Source of the DNA: an uncultured bacterium
GTDB taxonomy: Bacteria > Fidelibacterota > UBA2242 > JAFGTP01
Assembly: GCA_964498725.1 (NCBI GenBank)
Contig: CAZCHS010000001.1
Coordinates: forward strand, 1,666 to 65,665
Reading direction: 5' to 3'
DNA length: 64,000 nucleotides
The position numbers were made by a program, and so were the translations under genes. The notes beneath the pieces are model-generated. The model ran no database searches, was not told where the DNA came from, and worked only from the letters and a program-made list of their open reading frames with translations. Of the stretch, positions 41,187-51,214 are shown piece after piece (position 1 is the stretch's first letter; the number at the start of each line of letters is the position of its first letter).

Positions 41187-42093
41187 TAACTCGTTTTCTA
41201 ATTTTTAAATAATTGTAATATTTGCGGGAATCATACATAAAAATTCCGGAAAATATGATCAGACAGCCCAGCATCTCCTTTAATGTAATGGTCTCATGGA
41301 GAAAAATCCAGCCGATAATTGAAGCGGTTATCGGCGTAATGAATGTCAGAAAAGAAATCTTGACAACTGATATCTGTTTTAATAGATAATAATAGATGGA
41401 AAAGGTCATTGCCGACCCGAATATCCCCAAATAAACTGCACTGGAAATTGAGACAATGTTCCAGTTGGACAGGGCCCACTGTCCGGTTAAGCTTGCAAAA
41501 GTAGAGTGAAATATTGAAGCAATCGCCATGGCCATTCCGGTCAATACAAAAGGATTATAATCCCCTTTGAATTTTTTTGTGTAAATATTGGGAAAAGTGC
41601 CCATCAACACCGCCAGCAGGACAATCAGGGAACCGACCAGCACTTCCCGGCTGATAATCAGTGTTTGGTCCGACAAGATCATAATCACACCGATGGTGGC
41701 AATCACAATTGACAATAAGCGGGTCAGATTTAATCGCTCGCCCTTAATGAAAAAATGGGCCTGAATACCGAGCATGATCGGCATAGTTGACCATAAAATA
41801 GAGGACAAACTGCTGGGAATGAATTGCGTTCCCCAATAGGTAAAAAAGTAACTCAGCGCCATATTAAAGAGACCAACAATCAGGTAGAGTCGAATATGGG
41901 CCGGGGTGAAATAAAAGTTAAAGCGACGAAACCAACTGAAGGTAAGCAACAGCACACCGGCAATTCCAAAGCGAACCGCCAGGCCTACAGCCGGGGGAGT
42001 GTCCTTGAGTCCGATCTTTAAAACAGCCCAGGTTGTACTCCAGATCAGTACCATAACCCCAAATAATATTAAATTCTTAGTTTTTTGTCTCAT
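41179..42093 (-). CDS. EamA/DMT superfamily transporter
   Basis: 10-TM protein with two EamA repeats. Confidence 0.7.
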
Positions 42094-42172
42094 CTCACCC
42101 TATATAAATTAAGTGTAAATTACGACAATTTGGATTGTTACCCAAGGAGAATTTTATTGGCGGGCGAGAGGG

Positions 42173-42769
42173 TTAATTATGGATTTTGGATTCCAGGTTT
42201 TTGATCTTGTCCCGGAACTCAGCGGCCAGTTCGTAATTTTCCATCTCAATGGCATCCTGCATTTTTAATTGATAATCATGAATTTTATCCAGGATATCAA
42301 TGTTGCTGGCGGGGTTTGCAGGATTGTTCTGCTTATTTCCCAAAACTTCCAGGTCGATTTTTTGGCCGGCTTCTTTCATAACTTGTTCTGTCACGAAAAT
42401 ATCACTATTGGTGCGTAAGGCAATGGCGATGGCATCACTGGGACGCGAATCCAGTTGCACAACTTCATTTTTAGTATTGATGTAATAAATTTTCGCGTAG
42501 AATGTGCCTTCCTTCAATTGTGTGATAACAATTTTTTCAACTTTAATTCCTTCTTTTTTCATGATATTAGTCAATAAATCATGAGTCATGGGCCGGGGCA
42601 TTTTTATATTTTCGATCCCCAGGGCAATGGCTTGTGCCTCAAATGTTCCGATAATGATGGGCAGTTGCAGATCTTTTTCGTTGTCATTGAGGATAATCGC
42701 GTAGTTTTTTGACGGCGGAAAAAAAATGATTTTTTTTATTTTAACGGATATTAATTTATTTTTTAACAT
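42173..42769 (-). CDS. bifunctional nuclease (BFN/DUF151) domain protein with a C-terminal UVR motif
   Basis: BFN core LDSRPSDAIAIAL and C-terminal YELAAEFRDKIKNLE UvrB/C-like helix. Confidence 0.6.
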   Translation of the reverse strand: MLKNKLISVKIKKIIFFPPSKNYAIILNDNEKDLQLPIIIGTFEAQAIALGIENIKMPRPMTHDLLTNIMKKEGIKVEKIVITQLKEGTFYAKIYYINTKNEVVQLDSRPSDAIAIALRTNSDIFVTEQVMKEAGQKIDLEVLGNKQNNPANPASNIDILDKIHDYQLKMQDAIEMENYELAAEFRDKIKNLESKIHN

Positions 42770-42776
42770 AATTGTT

Positions 42777-44501
42777 TTAATAGGTTTTAACTTTATAATA
42801 GTAAAAATCTTTCAGAATTGAAAGTAGCATGTAAGCATTTCTACTATTCATTATTCGTTTTTCCAGTACCCGGCATTCTTCCGCAGAAATATTCTTGATC
42901 AGTTCATTGACCATGGGCAGTACTGAAGGTGCAACGCTGACACTTCGGATGCCGCAGGCGATCAACCCGGGCAGGGCGTAGCGGTCGCCCCCCATTTCTC
43001 CGCAAACTGTTACCGGAATATTGTGCCTTCTTCCACATTCAGCAACTTTTTTGATGGCCTGAAATACTTTTGGATGGTAATGATTATTGATATTGCTCTC
43101 ATCCCGTTTGGTCCCCAATAAAAAATTTGCCAGATCATTGGTTCCAATACTGAAAAAGAAAACATTTTCCGCCAGTTCGTCCAAAATTTCCAGAGAAGCT
43201 TTGGTTTCGATCATGCTGCCGATTTCCAGATCCCGACGAAATTTTTTGCCTTCTTCTATCAGTTCAATCTGTGCTTCTGCCAGAATTTGCTTGGCACGGT
43301 CAATTTCATCCAATGTTGCGACCATGGGCAGCATGATTTTAATCGGGCCAAACTTACTGGCGCGCAGTAGTGCGCGAAACTGAGTTTTCAAAATATCAGG
43401 ATTTTCCAGACAGAACTGCAAACCGCCCCAATTTTCAAATTCTTTATCCTGGTGAAACATGTTAAGATCAAGAATTTCTATAAATTTATCACGGCCGAAA
43501 TCAAAGGTCCTGAAAATCAAGGGAATGCCTTTGGACAGCCGGACGACTTTGCTGTAAACTTTGAATTGAGTTTCTTCATCGGGAAGTTTGTTTTGTTCGA
43601 TACTGATGAACTCACTGCGAAAAAGTCCGATGCCCTGGACATAATCCACATCCATCATTTGTAGTTCCTCGGCAAATTCCAGGTTCACATAAATGCTAAA
43701 ATCCTGATTATCATTTGTACTGGTGACAATTTCATCGACTTTAATTTTTTTACTGGCAAGAAATTCCTGTTCTTTCTTTTCATAAAATTGCAGGTCTTCC
43801 TGGCGGGGATCAACCAGTACGGTTTCTTCCATGACATCCAGCACCGCATGATCATACTCTCTTAGTTTCTGGAAATCCTGTAATTGTGACAGATAGGGAA
43901 TTCGAAAGGCTTTTGCCAGAATAGCGATGTGTGAATCGGAGCCGCCAACTTCAGTAATGATACCAATAATATTATCATGCCCTAATTGTAACAAATCCGA
44001 GGGAGAGATTCTTCTGCCTGCTATGATAGAATCTTTTGTGATTTTGGCATTGATATAACTGCCATTGCCGGACAGACGATGGATCATCCGTTTTTTTACA
44101 TCAGCAATATCAGAGTGTCTTTCACGGTGGTAAACCGACAGACTCTTTCCCAGGATACTTTCATATTTTGAGAAAATTTCAGAATAACTGTGAGCAGCAT
44201 TCTTTTTTGTGGTTTTGATAAGTTTTTTAACCTCATTGATGACCATTTCATCGGATAATACCATTTTTTGTCCCTCAATGATCTGCGCATGGTCTTCGTC
44301 AAGATGTTTTAATGCGATTTGTTTAATTTTGCTCAGTTCATTGATGCAGCCCTGCACAGCTTCATCGAGTTTTTTGATCTCATCTTCTACCTGGGTGTCA
44401 TCAATAGAATGTTCCGGTGCCTTGATCTTTTCATTATCAATGAAAAAAAGAGGCCCGATGGCGATTCCTTCAGATATTCGTTTTCCCTTGAGTATAAGCA
44501 T
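42777..44501 (-). CDS. ptsI: phosphoenolpyruvate-protein phosphotransferase (PTS enzyme I)
   Basis: Phospho-His region GGSDSHIAILAKAFRIP and the PEP-utilising C-terminal CGEMGGD. Confidence 0.8.
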   Translation of the reverse strand: MLILKGKRISEGIAIGPLFFIDNEKIKAPEHSIDDTQVEDEIKKLDEAVQGCINELSKIKQIALKHLDEDHAQIIEGQKMVLSDEMVINEVKKLIKTTKKNAAHSYSEIFSKYESILGKSLSVYHRERHSDIADVKKRMIHRLSGNGSYINAKITKDSIIAGRRISPSDLLQLGHDNIIGIITEVGGSDSHIAILAKAFRIPYLSQLQDFQKLREYDHAVLDVMEETVLVDPRQEDLQFYEKKEQEFLASKKIKVDEIVTSTNDNQDFSIYVNLEFAEELQMMDVDYVQGIGLFRSEFISIEQNKLPDEETQFKVYSKVVRLSKGIPLIFRTFDFGRDKFIEILDLNMFHQDKEFENWGGLQFCLENPDILKTQFRALLRASKFGPIKIMLPMVATLDEIDRAKQILAEAQIELIEEGKKFRRDLEIGSMIETKASLEILDELAENVFFFSIGTNDLANFLLGTKRDESNINNHYHPKVFQAIKKVAECGRRHNIPVTVCGEMGGDRYALPGLIACGIRSVSVAPSVLPMVNELIKNISAEECRVLEKRIMNSRNAYMLLSILKDFYYYKVKTY

Positions 44502-44505
44502 TTTA

Positions 44506-44772
44506 TTATTCTGTATAAAATTTATTCTCGATAATGTCGATTAATTTATCCATTGCCTCTTGCTCATCAGGCCCACTGGTTTCCAGTTCAATGGTTGCAC
44601 CGGGTTCCACCGCCAGAATTAACAAACCCATGATACTTTTTCCATTGACGCGTTCGCCATTATAGGAAAGAAATATATCACTTTTGAATTTACCGGCAGC
44701 TTCAACAAAAACAGTTGCCGGTCTGGTATGAATTCCATGTTTGTTATGAATTTCAATTTGTTTTTTGATCAT
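44506..44772 (-). CDS. ptsH: phosphocarrier protein HPr
   Basis: 88 aa with the active-site GIHTRPA motif. Confidence 0.85.
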   Translation of the reverse strand: MIKKQIEIHNKHGIHTRPATVFVEAAGKFKSDIFLSYNGERVNGKSIMGLLILAVEPGATIELETSGPDEQEAMDKLIDIIENKFYTE

Positions 44773-44773
44773 G

Positions 44774-45748
44774 TTAAGATTTTCTCTTTTGTAAATACTG
44801 AATTAATCCAACTAGATTTTCCCTTAATTCCTTAGGAAATATATTTAATTCTTGCTTTGCTTCAGAAAGCAGGCTGTTGATAGTAACTTGTGATTTTTCT
44901 ATACTGCCCGAATTCAAAAAACTGTTGCGAATTTCTTTTATATTAGAATTATTCTTGAGAAATGTCAAAAAATCTTTTTTATCGACGGGTGTCATTTCCG
45001 ATAATGTCAGGATCATCGGGTAGGTTTTTTTACCAGAAGCAAAATCACTTCCCAAACTTTTGCCCATTTTTTTTGAGTTGGAGAGAATTTCCAGCAGGTC
45101 ATCCTGGATCTGGAATGCCTGCCCGGTTTTGATGGCAAAATTTTCCAGGGCGTCTACTTCTTCTTTTTTACAATCAGCGATCCAACCACCGATTTTGCAG
45201 GACATCGCCAGCAATCGGGCTGTTTTTTTAGTGATCATTGTCAGATATTCATCCAGGGAAACTTCCAGGCGGCCTTCAAATTCCATATCCAGTGCCTGTC
45301 CTTCGCATATTTCCATCATGCCCTTTGTGAACTCCAGGCCGATTTTTTGCAAATTAGGCGAATTGGTATTCATCAGCACACGGAATGCCAGTGTATTCAT
45401 CGCATCTCCTGAGAGAATGGCGGTATTTATATCCCATTTTTTATGCATGGTGGGTTGGCCTCTGCGCATCTCATCATTGTCCATAATATCATCATGCACC
45501 AGGGTGTAGGTATGCAGGATTTCCAGTGCCAGAGCGGCGGGAAGCAAATCTTTAATGGATGCACCCATGCCGACACCAACGAGCAGCGTCAGGATCGGAC
45601 GAATCCGCTTGCCTTTTGTTTGCAGGCTGTATTGTAACGGTTCATACAGGGATTTTGGAAAATCAGGAATTGGTAGGTTTTCCAATTCCTGATTGATCAA
45701 ATTCCGGTAGTTCTGAAGTGTTGCTTTTATATTTACTGTCATAATCAT
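44774..45748 (-). CDS. polyprenyl diphosphate synthase (trans-IPPS; GGPP/FPP synthase family)
   Basis: First Asp-rich motif LVHDDIMD. Second motif around DDLLE in the QIQDDLLE region. Confidence 0.8.
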   Translation of the reverse strand: MIMTVNIKATLQNYRNLINQELENLPIPDFPKSLYEPLQYSLQTKGKRIRPILTLLVGVGMGASIKDLLPAALALEILHTYTLVHDDIMDNDEMRRGQPTMHKKWDINTAILSGDAMNTLAFRVLMNTNSPNLQKIGLEFTKGMMEICEGQALDMEFEGRLEVSLDEYLTMITKKTARLLAMSCKIGGWIADCKKEEVDALENFAIKTGQAFQIQDDLLEILSNSKKMGKSLGSDFASGKKTYPMILTLSEMTPVDKKDFLTFLKNNSNIKEIRNSFLNSGSIEKSQVTINSLLSEAKQELNIFPKELRENLVGLIQYLQKRKS

Positions 45749-45751
45749 TCT

Positions 45752-47107
45752 TTAAAGGGAAACTTCTCCGAATTCTTTTAATTTGTTAAGCACGGTATTT
45801 TTAATCTCTTCCAGGCGTTCCTTTGTTTTGGCCTCGAAGCGGGTTACGATCACCGGCTGTGTATTGGATGCTCTTACCAGTCCCCAGCCGTCACCAAATT
45901 TGATACGAACGCCATCGACATCAATGCAATCATAATTTTCCTTGAAGTATGTGGCAGATTTTTCGGCAATGTCAAATTTTATTTTGTCATTGGGACAGTT
46001 CAGGCGCATTTCCGGTGTGGATTCATATTTTGGTAATTGGTCCATTACTTCCGATAAGGGTTTATCCAGCCTTGACAACATCTGGATAAAGCGGGCGGCC
46101 ACATAGATCGCGTCGTCATAGCCGTAATAGTCATCGGCAAAACAAATATGGCCACTCATTTCGCCGGCAAAGGGAAGGTTCAGTTCCTGCATTTTTTGTT
46201 TGATCAGGGAATGACCGGTTTTATACATATAGGCTTTGCCGCCTTTTTCTTTGATCACATCTTCCAGGGCCTGTGAGCATTTCACGTCGAAAACCACTGG
46301 TTCGCCGTTTTTAATGACCTCATCGAGAAAGAGGATCATAATATAATCAGCCCAGATGATTTGCCCCTTGTCGTCAATAACGCCGATACGATCAGCATCG
46401 CCGTCAAAAGCGATACCACAGTCATAATCGCCTTTTTTTACCTCATTGATCATATCCTGAATATATTCTTCCACTGTGGGATCGGGATGATGATTGGGAA
46501 AGTTACCATCGGCATCACAAAATAACTCTGTCACTTCCAGGTTGTTATAATTCCGGAAAATTTCCGGTGCGGCCAGGCAGGCGGCGCCATTGCCGCAATC
46601 CATAACGATTTTGACCGGTTTTTCGAGGGTGATTTTTTTTGATATTTCGGCTATGTACTGCTTCAGAATTTCCTGTTCGGTTTTTTTACCTTTTCCTTCG
46701 GCAAAATTGCCGGCTTCGATGATTTTGCGAATATTTTGGATCTCTTCACCGTAAACCGAGCCTTTTTGAAAAGAGAGTTTAAACCCATTCATGTCCGGCG
46801 GGTTATGGCTGCCTGTGATCTGGACAGCACCATCGACATCAATTTTATACATGGAGTAATAATTAACAGGCGTGGGTAAAATACCCAGATCGATCACATC
46901 AACACTGGTTGATAAGACTCCCTCGGCGAATTTTTCTTTAAGCCGGGGAGTGGTGGTGCGAACATCACCGCTGAGAGTGATTCTCCGTCCGCCTTTTGCT
47001 TTGAGCCAGGTTCCATATCCTTTGCCAAGATTGATCACAACATCGTCGCTAAAGTCCTCTGCAACAACACCGCGAATGTCGTATTGTCTGAAAATATATT
47101 GATTCAT
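45752..47107 (-). CDS. phosphomannomutase/phosphoglucomutase (alpha-D-phosphohexomutase)
   Basis: Active-site serine loop TGSHNP, metal-binding DGDADR, 451 aa. Confidence 0.8.
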   Translation of the reverse strand: MNQYIFRQYDIRGVVAEDFSDDVVINLGKGYGTWLKAKGGRRITLSGDVRTTTPRLKEKFAEGVLSTSVDVIDLGILPTPVNYYSMYKIDVDGAVQITGSHNPPDMNGFKLSFQKGSVYGEEIQNIRKIIEAGNFAEGKGKKTEQEILKQYIAEISKKITLEKPVKIVMDCGNGAACLAAPEIFRNYNNLEVTELFCDADGNFPNHHPDPTVEEYIQDMINEVKKGDYDCGIAFDGDADRIGVIDDKGQIIWADYIMILFLDEVIKNGEPVVFDVKCSQALEDVIKEKGGKAYMYKTGHSLIKQKMQELNLPFAGEMSGHICFADDYYGYDDAIYVAARFIQMLSRLDKPLSEVMDQLPKYESTPEMRLNCPNDKIKFDIAEKSATYFKENYDCIDVDGVRIKFGDGWGLVRASNTQPVIVTRFEAKTKERLEEIKNTVLNKLKEFGEVSL

Positions 47108-47308
47108 AATTTCTCCTTTTATTTTTTCATCTTTTCAATTTGTTAGTTTAATGTTAAATATATCCCTCAATTGCGCGTTACTGCAATATATTTTTTATAA
47201 AAATCAGCTGATTGATATCTACTTATTAGATTTTAACATTTTTTATAAATTATGCAAATTATTAAATAAATTATTACCTTTGATAGAAGTTTTTAATAAA
47301 ATTATCGC

Positions 47309-47328
47309 ATGAAATGTTGATATTTCAT
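47309..47328. promoter_or_regulatory. inverted repeat ATGAAAT-gttgat-ATTTCAT about 30 bp upstream of the LacI-family gene; candidate operator
   Basis: Perfect 7-bp arms. Confidence 0.25.
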
Positions 47329-47360
47329 TATTCATTTTAAGTATTATCGGAGAGTACACT

Positions 47361-48374
47361 ATGGCGAAAATAGCAATCAAAGACCTTGCCCGAATGTTAA
47401 ATACCTCCACGGCAACAGTTTCACGGGCCCTGAATAATCATCCCGCCATTAAAAAGGAAACCAAGGAGCGGGTCATGCAACTGGTAAAAGAGGTGGGCTA
47501 CCGTCCCAATACAATTGCAAAGAACCTGAAGATGCAACGCAGCACCACTATCGGCATTCTGGTGCCGAACATTGGCCATGATTTTTTCGGCAGCGCTATC
47601 AGCGCCATCGAAAAAGTGGTCTCTGATGCCGGATTTACCGCCATGATCTGTCAGTCCCATGAAAAATACCAACATGAACTGGAAGCGGTTAATAACCTGA
47701 TCGCCAATAATGTCGCTGGTGTAATTGCGTCAATTTCCCAGGAAACAATAAAACCCGATCATTTTCTGGAATTACAACACAATGAAATCCCGGTGGTCTT
47801 TTTTGACCGTTGTTTTGATGAAGGCGTTCAGGCGTCAAAAGTGATTACCGATGATTTCGGCGGCAGTTTAAGGGCCGTCAAATACCTGATTAAAACCGGG
47901 TATAAGCGAATAGCATATCTGGCCGGCACCCCGAATTTAAACATTAGCCGGGAGCGATTAAGAGGATATAAAACAGCGCTGCAAAATGCCGGTATGCCGG
48001 TGGCCGATGAATTGATCGTCCATTGCGGAATGGAAAAACAGGATGGAAAGGTCGGGCTGCAACAATTAATGCAGTTGAATAATAAACCCGATGCCGTATT
48101 CTGCGTCAATGATCCTGTGGCTATCGGTGTCTATCAGCAATCACGCGTATATAATATCAAAATTCCTGAGGATTTGGCGGTGATAGGCTTTTCCAACAAT
48201 GAAATATCCTCCCTGATTCAGCCGGCCCTTACCACCGTTGATCAGTCTGCCAGAAAAATCGGCCAGCGGGCGGGTCAAATTCTTATCAAGCAGATTGAAT
48301 CCGGCAAGGATAGGATAACCGGTAATAAAATTGAAATTATGGAAGCGAACCTGATCGTCAGAGATTCTGCCTGA
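47361..48374 (+). CDS. LacI family transcriptional regulator
   Basis: N-terminal HTH IKDLARMLNTSTATVSRALN and a periplasmic-binding-protein-like sugar-binding domain. Confidence 0.8.
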   Translation: MAKIAIKDLARMLNTSTATVSRALNNHPAIKKETKERVMQLVKEVGYRPNTIAKNLKMQRSTTIGILVPNIGHDFFGSAISAIEKVVSDAGFTAMICQSHEKYQHELEAVNNLIANNVAGVIASISQETIKPDHFLELQHNEIPVVFFDRCFDEGVQASKVITDDFGGSLRAVKYLIKTGYKRIAYLAGTPNLNISRERLRGYKTALQNAGMPVADELIVHCGMEKQDGKVGLQQLMQLNNKPDAVFCVNDPVAIGVYQQSRVYNIKIPEDLAVIGFSNNEISSLIQPALTTVDQSARKIGQRAGQILIKQIESGKDRITGNKIEIMEANLIVRDSA

Positions 48375-48386
48375 TTATCATATTTT

Positions 48387-49064
48387 ATGGCTGTCACAGC
48401 GAACTATATCAATGATGTTTTTACGCAAATCGCCAAAAACTATGATCTGATGAATAATGTAATTTCATTGGGATCACACAATCGCTATAAAAGAAAAGCA
48501 ATTGCCAGGCTGCCGATTAAGCAAGGGGAACTTGTACTTGATCTGGCTGCCGGCACAGGCGATCTGGCAAAAATGATTGCCCGGCAATTTGACGCCCGGA
48601 TGATCATTGCCGACCGTAATATTACAATGCTTCAGATTGCCCAGACACGAACCGGAAGTAATGAAATTATTGGGTGTGATGCTGCTGAATTACCTTTCCA
48701 AAACAATTCATTCAATCATGTGATTGTCGGGTTTGGAATTCGTAATTTTCAACAGTTGGATAAAGCATTCGGTGAAATATATCGAATTTTAAAACCGGGT
48801 GGTAAACTGGTCGCCCTTGAATTTGCGCAGCCCGGAAATAGCATCATCAGGAAAATGAGAAATTTTTATTTTCGCAAAATTGTTCCCTTATTAAGCCGCG
48901 TTTTAATCGGGAAATACGCGGAATATCACTACCTGGCTGCTTCTGTTATAAATTTTCATGACCAGCAGACCATTCTTTGTAAATTATCCGAGCAGCAATA
49001 TAAAAAGACGGAGGTTCATAATTACATTTTTGGCGGTATTGCAATCTATGAAGGCAGGAAGTAA
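48387..49064 (+). CDS. menG: UbiE/MenG family demethylmenaquinone/ubiquinone C-methyltransferase
   Basis: YDLMNNVISLGSHNRYKR signature, SAM motif VLDLAAGTGDLA, LKPGG. Confidence 0.7.
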   Translation: MAVTANYINDVFTQIAKNYDLMNNVISLGSHNRYKRKAIARLPIKQGELVLDLAAGTGDLAKMIARQFDARMIIADRNITMLQIAQTRTGSNEIIGCDAAELPFQNNSFNHVIVGFGIRNFQQLDKAFGEIYRILKPGGKLVALEFAQPGNSIIRKMRNFYFRKIVPLLSRVLIGKYAEYHYLAASVINFHDQQTILCKLSEQQYKKTEVHNYIFGGIAIYEGRK

Positions 49065-49118
49065 TTTATAGTAATGATTAACCATTGGATAGTTGCAGGG
49101 AAAAATGTAAATTTCATC

Positions 49119-49550
49119 ATGAGAATTCTAATATTACACGGTCCACAGCTATCGTTATTAGGCAAAGTATCCAGCCAGAACAAATCCCGTTTGACCCTTG
49201 ATAAGGTGGACCGGCACATAAAAAAAATCGCCCGTGACAATGATTTGAGTCTGCATATATTTCATCTTTTTGCGCGGAAAAATGTACTGAAAACCGTGCT
49301 GACAAACAGAAATAATATTGATGCAATCGTGATGAATTTAGGTGGCATGGCGAGGGATTTTTACGCCTTACAAGAGATGCTTGCCATCATTCAAGTGCCG
49401 GTAGTTGAAATAGCCTTATCGGAATTTCCACTTTCCAAAGAAACTTTTGACCATTCGGCAATCCGGGAAATTGCTGTCCATCGGATTTATGACAAAGGAC
49501 TCACAGCCTATGATAAGGCCCTGAGTTACCTGATCAATAAAAACAATTAA
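49119..49550 (+). CDS. type II 3-dehydroquinate dehydratase (AroQ)-like protein with substituted catalytic residues; probable pseudoenzyme
   Basis: MRILILHGPQLSLLG matches the AroQ N-terminus. The GxRePxxYG loop is GKVSSQNKS, QSNHEG is FARKNV, and VEVHLSNxxxREeFRHHS is VEIALSEFPLSKETFDHS. Confidence 0.5.
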   Translation: MRILILHGPQLSLLGKVSSQNKSRLTLDKVDRHIKKIARDNDLSLHIFHLFARKNVLKTVLTNRNNIDAIVMNLGGMARDFYALQEMLAIIQVPVVEIALSEFPLSKETFDHSAIREIAVHRIYDKGLTAYDKALSYLINKNN

Positions 49551-49576
49551 TTTCACAACATTAAGGAGGGAGACTT

Positions 49577-51166
49577 ATGTTAAGAAATGCAAAGGTATTT
49601 GGCTTATTGCTAATTTTATGGTCGGTTATCTTCGCCTTTACCGGCGAAGTATTGGAGGAATATTCCATACCGGGTAAATTCCCCACCGGATTAACCTGGG
49701 ATGGGAAAAATCTGTGGCTGGCAGATCGTGAAACCGATCAAATTTACTGTCTTGATAGCGATGGCGAAGTGATAAAGAGTTTTCCGTCACCGGCTTATTG
49801 GCCGATGGGATTGGCGTGGGATGGTAAATATTTGTGGAACAGTGATGCGAACACGAAAAAGATATATTGTCTTGATCCTGATAACGGCAATATTCTGAAG
49901 ACCATTGATTATCCGGAAAAAGTACCGGAAGGAATGACCTTTGACGGGGAATATCTATGGTGCTGTGATAATAAGGATGATATTATTGTCCAGATCAGTA
50001 CTGTGGATGGTACGACAATCCGGACCTTTCCCGCGCCCTCGGGAGATGCGCGGGGTATCTGTTATGACGGGAAATATTTCTGGATTTCCGACCGTATGGA
50101 AGACAAAATTTATATGGTGGATTATGAAACCGGCAATGTTATCTTCGCCACTGATGCGCCATCGCAATTTCCCCGAGGCATGGCATGGGATGGAAAAGCA
50201 GTTTGGGTCGTGGACCACCATACCGACAAACTATATAAACTCAAAAACCGTGATGGCGAAAAGTTACGGCGCTATAATAAGCGGGAATCAGTCACATTGC
50301 TGAAAAATCGTGCCCGGAATTTTGGCCCCGGTAAGATATTGACCCTCGATCTTCATTTTGCATTACCCGTAGACCGCGATAATCAGAAAATACTCGAAGA
50401 TGTGGAATTCAGTGAAAAACCAACGGATTACCCCACTGACCGCTGGGACCAGAAGACCGCCCGGTTCCATTATAAAAATGTCAAAAGCGGCGAGATTAAA
50501 GCGCCGGAACTGAAAGTAAAATCGGAAATTTATGAAACTCAATATTTTGTTTATCCCGACGAAATCGGTTCTCTTGACGATATTCCCAGGGCTATTCGTA
50601 AAAAATATCTGGACAACGATGAAAAATATCAGCTGGAACATCCGGTTATTCAGCAGGCCCTGAAAGAAGCTGTGGATGATGAAAAAAATCCCTATTGGAT
50701 CGCCCGTAAATTATACAATTATTTGTTACCCAGAATGTACTATGAAATGGTGGGCGGCTGGAACACTGCACCGACAGTTTTAGAAAGAGGCAATGGTTCC
50801 TGCTCGGAATATTCTTTTGTCTATATCGCACTTTGCCGCGCAGCCGGTATTCCGGCCCGTTATGTAGGATCAGTAGTTGTACGTGGCGATGATACGTCCT
50901 ATGATAATGTATTCCACCGTTGGTGTGAAATCTATCTGCCGGATTTCGGCTGGATACCTGTGGATCCCAGTGGTGGTGACAAAAAGACACCGGCTGAACA
51001 AGCCGCATATTTTGGTCATTTGGATAATCGGTTTTTGATTACAACGCAATCAGGCGGCGGTTCCGAATTAATGGGCTGGACCTATAATTTTAATCAGTTC
51101 TGGACGACCGAACCCCAGACCAAAGTAATGACGGAGCATTTTGCCGACTGGGAAATTACGGAGTGA
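49577..51166 (+). CDS. secreted fusion: five-bladed beta-propeller (glutaminyl-cyclase/NHL-like repeats) plus a transglutaminase-like cysteine protease domain
   Basis: Signal peptide. Five repeats of G[LM].[WFY]DG..LW..D.....IY..D. C-terminal GSCSEYSFVYIALCRAAGIPARYV...HRWCEIYLPDFGWIPVDPSG gives a Cys-His-Asp transglutaminase core. Confidence 0.55.
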   Translation: MLRNAKVFGLLLILWSVIFAFTGEVLEEYSIPGKFPTGLTWDGKNLWLADRETDQIYCLDSDGEVIKSFPSPAYWPMGLAWDGKYLWNSDANTKKIYCLDPDNGNILKTIDYPEKVPEGMTFDGEYLWCCDNKDDIIVQISTVDGTTIRTFPAPSGDARGICYDGKYFWISDRMEDKIYMVDYETGNVIFATDAPSQFPRGMAWDGKAVWVVDHHTDKLYKLKNRDGEKLRRYNKRESVTLLKNRARNFGPGKILTLDLHFALPVDRDNQKILEDVEFSEKPTDYPTDRWDQKTARFHYKNVKSGEIKAPELKVKSEIYETQYFVYPDEIGSLDDIPRAIRKKYLDNDEKYQLEHPVIQQALKEAVDDEKNPYWIARKLYNYLLPRMYYEMVGGWNTAPTVLERGNGSCSEYSFVYIALCRAAGIPARYVGSVVVRGDDTSYDNVFHRWCEIYLPDFGWIPVDPSGGDKKTPAEQAAYFGHLDNRFLITTQSGGGSELMGWTYNFNQFWTTEPQTKVMTEHFADWEITE

Positions 51167-51214
51167 GATTAAAAGTAATTGACTGATAATCAGAAAATAA
51201 GGATTGGAGAGAAG

